Part shown: positions 57,424-64,000 of the stretch, piece after piece
How positions within the stretch are numbered: the stretch's first letter is position 1
Layout: every line of letters begins with the position of its first letter
IMG/VR virus record: IMGVR_UViG_3300037502_003770
Coordinates: 62,001 to 126,000 of that record
Length of the DNA stretch: 64,000 nt
Reading direction: 5' to 3' (one strand)
The notes under the pieces: model-generated
Told to the model about the DNA's origin: nothing
Seen by the model: only the letters and a program-made list of their open reading frames with translations
Database searches by the model: none
Made by a program: the position numbers and the translations under genes

Positions 57424-58368
57424 ATGTTAACAGCTACAGAAAATACAAATACAGTAAGAAAAGTTTCTTTTACTGAAGTACATAAATCTATTATGGATTC
57501 AGCTGAACAATTAAGTAAGCTTGAATTTAATGAAAATGAGTTTATTAAGAAAGGTAATTTCTTAGAAAAAATAGGTTTTAAAAATAGTTTAGCAACATAT
57601 TCTTATAAAGAATATTCAGATGCAAAACCTTTTATTGATTTATATTCCACAAGGTATGTAAATAATAAATTCATTTTATCTTTGCAAATTCAAAGAGTTT
57701 GTGAAGACTATGATTTATATGAAAGACCTTTAGAAGATTACGTTTCTGATATTCCTATTAAAAATATTAATGATATTGAAAACTTTAAAGTTCATATCAA
57801 TGATATTGATGAGAAGTTTCTTCATATTAGCGCTAATTATAGTAAAACTTTGCTAAGAAATTTTTGTATATTTAAACATATATTGAATACTCGTTCAAAA
57901 GATTTTCAAAATCCAAATAAAACAAAATCAAATTTTTCTGAGTATGCTTTAAAAGAGTTAGGTGTTAAGTATCTTGAAGGTTCATACTATCATAGTCAAG
58001 AGATTTTTGATGAAATATTTTTAATTATTAGTAAAGATTTATCGATACAAGAGAGAAACGATAAACTAGAATATATCAATCAAGGATATTTAAAATTAGA
58101 AGATTTACCTAAATTAGGTTGGCTAAACGCCCCTTTATTAAAAATCTGTGCTACTAAAAATATGTTTAGTTTTGAAAGTATGCAAGATTCTAGTAGGTTC
58201 TTAAATTATGAAAGAAATAAAGAATCTATTAAAAGGGATGAACAATCTAAGTTTCAAGTTGAAACAGACCCTATAGTACTTTTTAAAGTAAATGGTGGTT
58301 ATTTAATTGTAACAGCTTGGGGTGATGAAGCAAATCACGATTTTGTAGTTAACAATAAATTAAACTAA
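57424..58368 (+). CDS. Phage protein with C-terminal DPIVL...YLxxTAWG domain (copy 2)
   Basis: Upstream ~110 bp near-identical to that of 56268. Confidence 0.7.
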   Translation: MLTATENTNTVRKVSFTEVHKSIMDSAEQLSKLEFNENEFIKKGNFLEKIGFKNSLATYSYKEYSDAKPFIDLYSTRYVNNKFILSLQIQRVCEDYDLYERPLEDYVSDIPIKNINDIENFKVHINDIDEKFLHISANYSKTLLRNFCIFKHILNTRSKDFQNPNKTKSNFSEYALKELGVKYLEGSYYHSQEIFDEIFLIISKDLSIQERNDKLEYINQGYLKLEDLPKLGWLNAPLLKICATKNMFSFESMQDSSRFLNYERNKESIKRDEQSKFQVETDPIVLFKVNGGYLIVTAWGDEANHDFVVNNKLN

Positions 58369-59305
58369 TATGTTTAATATCTCAGAAAATAATTTGTTAA
58401 GTACTGATGTTTTAATAAAAGAAGCATCAGTACTTACAAATTTTACTTTAATAAGTAAAGATGGTATTATTACAATTAAATTTGATAATGATATAGAATT
58501 TAATTTAAATAATTCTATTGATTTAGATAAAATTAAATTGAATCCTTCTCTTGACCTTAATATAAGTAAAATAAAAACAAATCTATTTGAATTGGATAAT
58601 AATTTATTTAATCTGATTTTCTTAGAAAAAAATAGTTTACCTAATAATAATAAATAATCATGATTACTTCACAACACTATAGAGGGTTTGTTACCACATC
58701 AAAAGTTTTAGAGAACGGTAAATTTCTTATTACTGTAATAGCTGTTTCAACAAAAGAACTTATTAAAAACTCTGTTGATTATAATAGTAAATCCGTTCTT
58801 TCAATAGATGAAAATGATAAATGGTTTTCAATTAGTATGAGAAATTTTATATTTAAATCTGATACAAGAATGAGATTTATTTTTGAAAATGATGCACCTT
58901 TTACATTAAAAAGTATTATTGATTTTGAAGAATCAACAAGGTTTAATATCTTGGATAATATCTATTCTATAAAAGGTTATCATAATGAAAACGAACCAAC
59001 TTTAATAAATATAACTTTATGAATGAAGTAGAAAAAAATCTTTATACTATGAAAATAGATGTCATACATGAAGTTTATGAACTTTATTGTTTATGTCCTG
59101 ATTTAAAAGTTTCTTATTTTTGTAATGGAGAAGATTTAGGTGAAGTAAAATTAAAAGAAATTCATCCTTTAGATTTTGGTTTCTTTAATGAAGAAACTCA
59201 ATATATTCTAATAACTGAAAAACATTTTAATATAATAAATGAATATAAGAAAAAACAAGTTTTATTAAAAGAAGAATTTATTAAACAAATGAAAGAATAA
59301 CTTTT

Positions 59306-60637
59306 ATGAAAATAGAAATTTTTAATAATAACTTTCTTTATTTAGAATTAGCTTATTTTGGTGAACAATGTTTATCTAAAGTAAAATTTTTTTATTATAA
59401 TAAAAATGTTTTTGATATAGAAAAAATGTTAAGTCATGGGAAATCTTTTTTTGCTGGCTTTAGAATTCATATTAAATATAGTACAAAACATAAAGAACAA
59501 AGAAAGAAAAATCAAAAGTTTTTTAATGAAATTAATGAAATATTAGATAATTACCATTACAGAAATTCGCTATGAGTATTGAAATTTTTAATGATAACTT
59601 TCTTTATTTGGAAATTGTTGCTTTTAAATTAAATTCTAAAACAAAAATGCAATCTTTTTATTATAATATAAATATTTTTGATATTAAAACAATGTTATCT
59701 GAAACAATGTTTTTCGTTATATTTAGATTTACTATTACAGGTAATTCATCTTATAGTAAAAAAAGATTTTATAATAAACTTATTAAAATACTAGATGATT
59801 ACGAAACTGATAATTTTTTATGAAAATAGAAATTTTTACAGATAGTTTTATTTACTTAGAAGATGAACATTTTAATCCCTTTTATTTTAATATAAATATT
59901 ATTTTTGAATTTCATCATATTACCAATCAAGTATTTTTAAGAATATTATCTAATATTAAATATATTAATTTTAGTTTTTATGATATACTAGTCAATAGAA
60001 TTATATATCTACACCCAAATACAATATTTAATGTGCATGATGACTATCCTAATTTAAAAGGTTTATTAAAAAACGTATTACTATATTCAAAATTAAATAA
60101 AGCAACAAAAAAATATATTTTTAATTACTATCAAAATATATTTGAACAAAAAGCTATAACTTTAGAAAATTTTTCTTTCTTATGAAAATTTTAATTATAA
60201 ATCAAAACTTTATTTATTGTGAAGATAGTGATTATACAAGTAAAGTTTGTTTGTATTGCAATATCTTTAGTAAAGATATTGATTCTGATATAGTTCCTAA
60301 TTATTTATTTAAAAATAATTCTTTATTAGAAAGTAATTTCATAGATAATTTTTTTACTGTTGCAATAAAAACAGACCCTATTAATATTTGTTATATTAAT
60401 ATAGATAATATAAGTATTGAATTAGCTGTTCTTGCTGTAAGTTTAAGACCTGCTAGTTTGGTTTATATATATCCATTACAATTTAATATAAATCTTTATT
60501 ATTTTTTATTTAAAACAGCATATTTAAATGATAACGATGTATTAAATAGAAACTGGTTCAACCTTTGGCAATATCGTGATGCTCCGATGGTTCAGAAATG
60601 TATTAAAGCGTTAAAAGGATACTACAACATTTCTTAA
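59306..60637 (+). repeat. Four tandem YxE-leader ORFs (59306,59572,59820,60182)
   Basis: MKIEIFNNNFLYLE and variants. Confidence 0.75.
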
Positions 60638-61000
60638 CAAAAAAGAATCTTTTCTGTAATATAAATCAAACCTTAAAACAGAAATAAAAATGGAACAAAT
60701 AGTTTTACCTTTAATTATAGGTATATCACTAGTTTTAATATTAATACTATTTCAACTACCTAATCAGTTACATAATTTACATAAAGAAGTTATTTCTTTA
60801 AAAGAAGAGATTATTTCCTTAAAAAAAGAACTATTAAACAAAAAATAATTATGTCTTTATTTAGTCTAATTTGTTTCGGTCTTGGATATATTGGACTTAT
60901 TGTTCAAGTATTCTTTATCGATAGTAATAAAATCTCTTCTCTTGAGAAAAAAGTATCTTCTTTAGAGGAAGAAATTTCTAAACTAAAAAAATAAACCGCT

Positions 61001-61279
61001 ATGAAAAACCTTTCACATGAAACAAAAGTAAATATCATAAAACTAGTTTTTATTATAATTACTTTTCTTATAATAAGCTTCTTTGCTTTTTCGTGTAGTT
61101 CATCTTGTCAAAGTTGTAAAGAATCTTATTATGAAATAAATATTTATAATGAGAGTTCTACTCAACCAATAGAAACTTATCGAGCCGAAAGAATTCAATC
61201 ATCTGATGGATATTTAGTTTTTTGGTGCGAGGGTGTTCAGTATAGAACTAACAGAAAATATCTTATAAGAAAAAAATAA
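61001..61279 (+). CDS. Putative lipoprotein, paralog of 61835-62116
   Basis: FSC lipobox; YYEI...P.E.Y.A...G..Y.TN.K.LI.KK. Confidence 0.6.
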   Translation: MKNLSHETKVNIIKLVFIIITFLIISFFAFSCSSSCQSCKESYYEINIYNESSTQPIETYRAERIQSSDGYLVFWCEGVQYRTNRKYLIRKK

Positions 61280-61834
61280 ACAAACTTATGTTACAGATAA
61301 GACTTGAAGATAATATTATTTCTACAATAAAAAGTAGGAATATTTTTAAATTATATAACTCTTTAGAAAGTATTTATTCTTCAGTAAACATTTTAAATAA
61401 GTGGACTATCAATTATTTAAAAACCGCTGAAAACGAAGATAAATATATCGCATCTAATGATACATATAAAGATTTAAAAATTATTCTTCTTAATAAAAAA
61501 TTAATTCTTCAAATAGAAGATATTGGAATGTTGATAGATTCTGAGGTACAAAAATATTTACTTGAGAATCCTAAATCTTTTAAAATATCATTATTAGTAA
61601 GCGATTATAATAATAATAATGATGATATTGAGTATAAAACATTTTCTTCTTTTAAAAGAATGTTGTTTCAAAGTTTAACAATTTTTAATGAAGAAAATTT
61701 TGAAACCCAATTAATTCATGTTTTAGAAACTGCTTTTGATTTTGAAGAATTTTTTTCTGAAAAAGAAAGAAATAAACTTTACAAAATTCAAGAAAAACTA
61801 GAAAACCAATTAACAAAACTTTTAGGTAAATAAT

Positions 61835-62116
61835 ATGGAACATACTAAACTTGCACCAAAAGGAATAATTTTTCGTTTAATATTAGTTTCTTCAATTGTA
61901 TTTGGTTGTTATAGTTGTGATAATAAAGATAATAATCAAACAGTTCAAAATAATTATTACTATGAGATAAAAGTATTTAATGATAAATTACCTACCGAAA
62001 TATATATTGCAGATGATTTTGAAACATATAATCATGGCAGCCTTTTATATTTTGAATCTAATGGTTTAAAATATTATACCAATCAAAAATTTTTAATTAC
62101 TAAAAAAAGAAAATAA
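61835..62116 (+). CDS. Putative lipoprotein, paralog of 61001-61279
   Basis: CYSC lipobox; same C-terminal pattern. Confidence 0.6.
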   Translation: MEHTKLAPKGIIFRLILVSSIVFGCYSCDNKDNNQTVQNNYYYEIKVFNDKLPTEIYIADDFETYNHGSLLYFESNGLKYYTNQKFLITKKRK

Positions 62117-62449
62117 TAATGAAATACATTTGTTCAGAAACAACTACAGTTTTAGAAAGTCTTCCTTTAATAAAAACAAGGCTTCATATTAATAATGAAA
62201 ATGTTGAACATATTTGGATTAAATATGATAAGGCAACAAATAAAATGTGGTTACAAAATAACGCTATTAATTTATATCCTTTTCATAGTTGGGGAATGGA
62301 GTTAGATTATTCTTCAAGTTTTGATTTAAACGATACTTTAAATCAAACAGAAATTAAAATTCATCCTGAAACTTTTAAATCAATGATTGTTAAAAATATT
62401 ATTGATAATGAAGGAAATCTTATTAAAGAATAAAATGATTAAACCCTTT

Positions 62450-62480
62450 AAAACTTATTTCTTTTAGAAATAAGTTTTTT
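62450..62480 (+). terminator. Intrinsic (possibly bidirectional) terminator ending the gene block
   Basis: aaaacttatttc-tttta-gaaataagttttt. Confidence 0.75.
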
Positions 62481-62850
62481 CTTTTATATAACACCTTTCC
62501 GTTTATAGGTAGGAAACCTAACTAAGTCCGTTTAAGTGGTTGGAGGCTTTGAGGTAGTCCGAAAAAAAGTTCACTTTTTTCAGGTTTTTGAATAGATTAT
62601 TCAATTTTGAAATTTTGAGTATATGAATCTAAGGTAAGGATAGTTTCATATAGAGGCTAGATTTTGGCTACATTATGTTAAGTAGAGGGTTAAAAAACCT
62701 TAAAAACAGGCTCTTTCTTTAAAAGATTAAAAATTTCTTAAAGAAAGAGGGTTTTTATTAACAAAATAGTAGTAGCAAAGGTAGTATCTATATCAATGAA
62801 ACAACGGTAGTACGGAGTTTTTCAGAGAGTAAAAAAAGTTTAAAAAAAGC

Positions 62851-62972
62851 TTGCATACCTCAAAACGATTAACTACCTTTGTAATGTTGAAACAACAAAC
62901 GGCAGACGGTCTGAAATAGCGAAAAAAATTAATAAAAAAACTTGCATACCTCAAAAACAATCACTACCTTTG
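62851..62972 (+). promoter_or_regulatory. Two tandem Bacteroidota housekeeping-sigma promoters (TTG-N20-TACCTTTG)
   Basis: Direct repeat cTTGcatacctcaaaa...acTACCTTTGta at 62851-62881 and 62942-62972; matches the -33 TTG / -7 TAnnTTTG consensus. Confidence 0.85.
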
Positions 62973-63079
62973 TATGGTAGTAATCAAAGTAAGCAAAGCT
63001 TAACCATTAATAATAATAAAGCTATTCTTATTGAAAGCTACAAACAGTATTAACCTTTATAACATTTTAAACAAGTCTT

Positions 63080-64000
63080 ATGGGACAAAACACAAACAAC
63101 ACAGTAGCAAAAGCTACAAGTAATGCAGATGAAACTATTGCTGCATTTCAAAATGAATCAACACCTACTCAAGAAGTAGAAACTACCGAAACTCAAGAGG
63201 TAGAGGAAACTGAAACCAACAGGGATGAGGTTTTAAATGAATTAAAATCTAAGGCAGTTTCTATGCAATCGCACTTAGGTATCAATGCAGAAGAGCAAGA
63301 AATTGTTTCTAACATCATTAACGAAGCTTTCCCTGACCCAACTCAATATGGTTTAAAACAATACCAAGGTGGTAGCGAAGCAGCCAAAAAAGGTGATAAA
63401 GTTGGTTCAATCGCTCTTAGAATGTTAAAAACCACAGGTGAAAATCCTAGGTTTGGTACAAAAGATGCTTATGATGTTGAAACGTTGGCAGAACAAATTT
63501 TAACAATGAAAAGGTTAACCTCACCTATTCATGTTATTGAAAACAATCCAGAAATCACTGGGATTCAAAATCCTGGTTCAAAAGCAATTTATTATATTGT
63601 ACTAGATGGTCACCGCAGAATTAGTGCAATAGAATTATTATTAGCACAAGGTAAAATTGATGCTACTAGTAGTTTAGTAATGAATGTTCCAATTGTTAAA
63701 GTTCCGTTATCGTGGACTAAAGAAAATTGGAGAGAGCGTGTAACTGAATATATGTTAAAACAAAGTGGTTCAGTAAAACCTTTACATTTTGTAGAATTTA
63801 CTAACGCTCTTTTAAAGGTCACAAGATTAGCCAATAAAACAGCTGGCGAATGGTCTAAAACTTTATTAGTACCTATTACCAAAATGAAACAATACTTAGA
63901 TTTAGTTAAGTTTGTTGATTTTACTGGCGATTCTCAAGAAGAAGCACTAGAAATTGAAAAAACTAGAAGTGCATTATTCTTAATCATTCAAGAAAAAGAA
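63080..64000 (+). CDS. ParB/Srx N-terminal domain protein with acidic N-terminal tail (3'-truncated)
   Basis: Not in ORF track; ATG at 63080; NPRF, LAEQI...PIHV, YIVLDGHRRISAI. Confidence 0.8.
   Translation, partial: MGQNTNNTVAKATSNADETIAAFQNESTPTQEVETTETQEVEETETNRDEVLNELKSKAVSMQSHLGINAEEQEIVSNIINEAFPDPTQYGLKQYQGGSEAAKKGDKVGSIALRMLKTTGENPRFGTKDAYDVETLAEQILTMKRLTSPIHVIENNPEITGIQNPGSKAIYYIVLDGHRRISAIELLLAQGKIDATSSLVMNVPIVKVPLSWTKENWRERVTEYMLKQSGSVKPLHFVEFTNALLKVTRLANKTAGEWSKTLLVPITKMKQYLDLVKFVDFTGDSQEEALEIEKTRSALFLIIQEKE

Noticed and set aside
3312-63882. Short antisense ORFs in the track (3312, 3699, 4180, 9469, 14551, 16660, 18135, 25183, 31714, 37157, 50959, 63610)
   Set aside because: Each lies opposite a better-supported gene and has no motifs; they are shadow ORFs

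Overview
This is a very AT-rich (roughly 20% GC by eye), densely packed window in which nearly every credible gene is on the + strand. It most likely comes from the non-structural/accessory region of a large (jumbo-type) phage infecting Bacteroidota. Support for that host: TAnnTTTG host promoters near 62.9 kb, a Bacteroidota-type ClpS and lipoproteins, and no Shine-Dalgarno motifs. No virion structural genes are visible. Recognisable genes are a split NitT/TauT-type ABC system with an OmpA-fused binding protein, AAA ATPase, outer-membrane beta-barrel, ClpS, SPFH protein, metallophosphoesterase, DNA methyltransferase, HD protein, RNA ligase, Pth, a BI-1/YccA protein, a ParB-like protein and tRNA-Ile2(CAT). 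Four tnpB genes from two lineages are the only minus-strand genes; all share a 20-bp upstream motif and sit back-to-back with an outward-facing phage-type promoter. The most striking unexplained structure is about 43 ORFs that share only a ~14-aa N-terminal leader (M-x-I-x-I...Y-x-E) on unrelated, highly variable bodies, including a tandem array of ~70-aa proteins ending in LxLKYY. Also present: about 25 copies of a TTAAC(A)-N16-GTA(A/T)TATA promoter, seven of them embedded in covarying hairpin cassettes, and an unassigned 100-nt structured RNA candidate. All calls come from reading motifs by eye; no searches were run.
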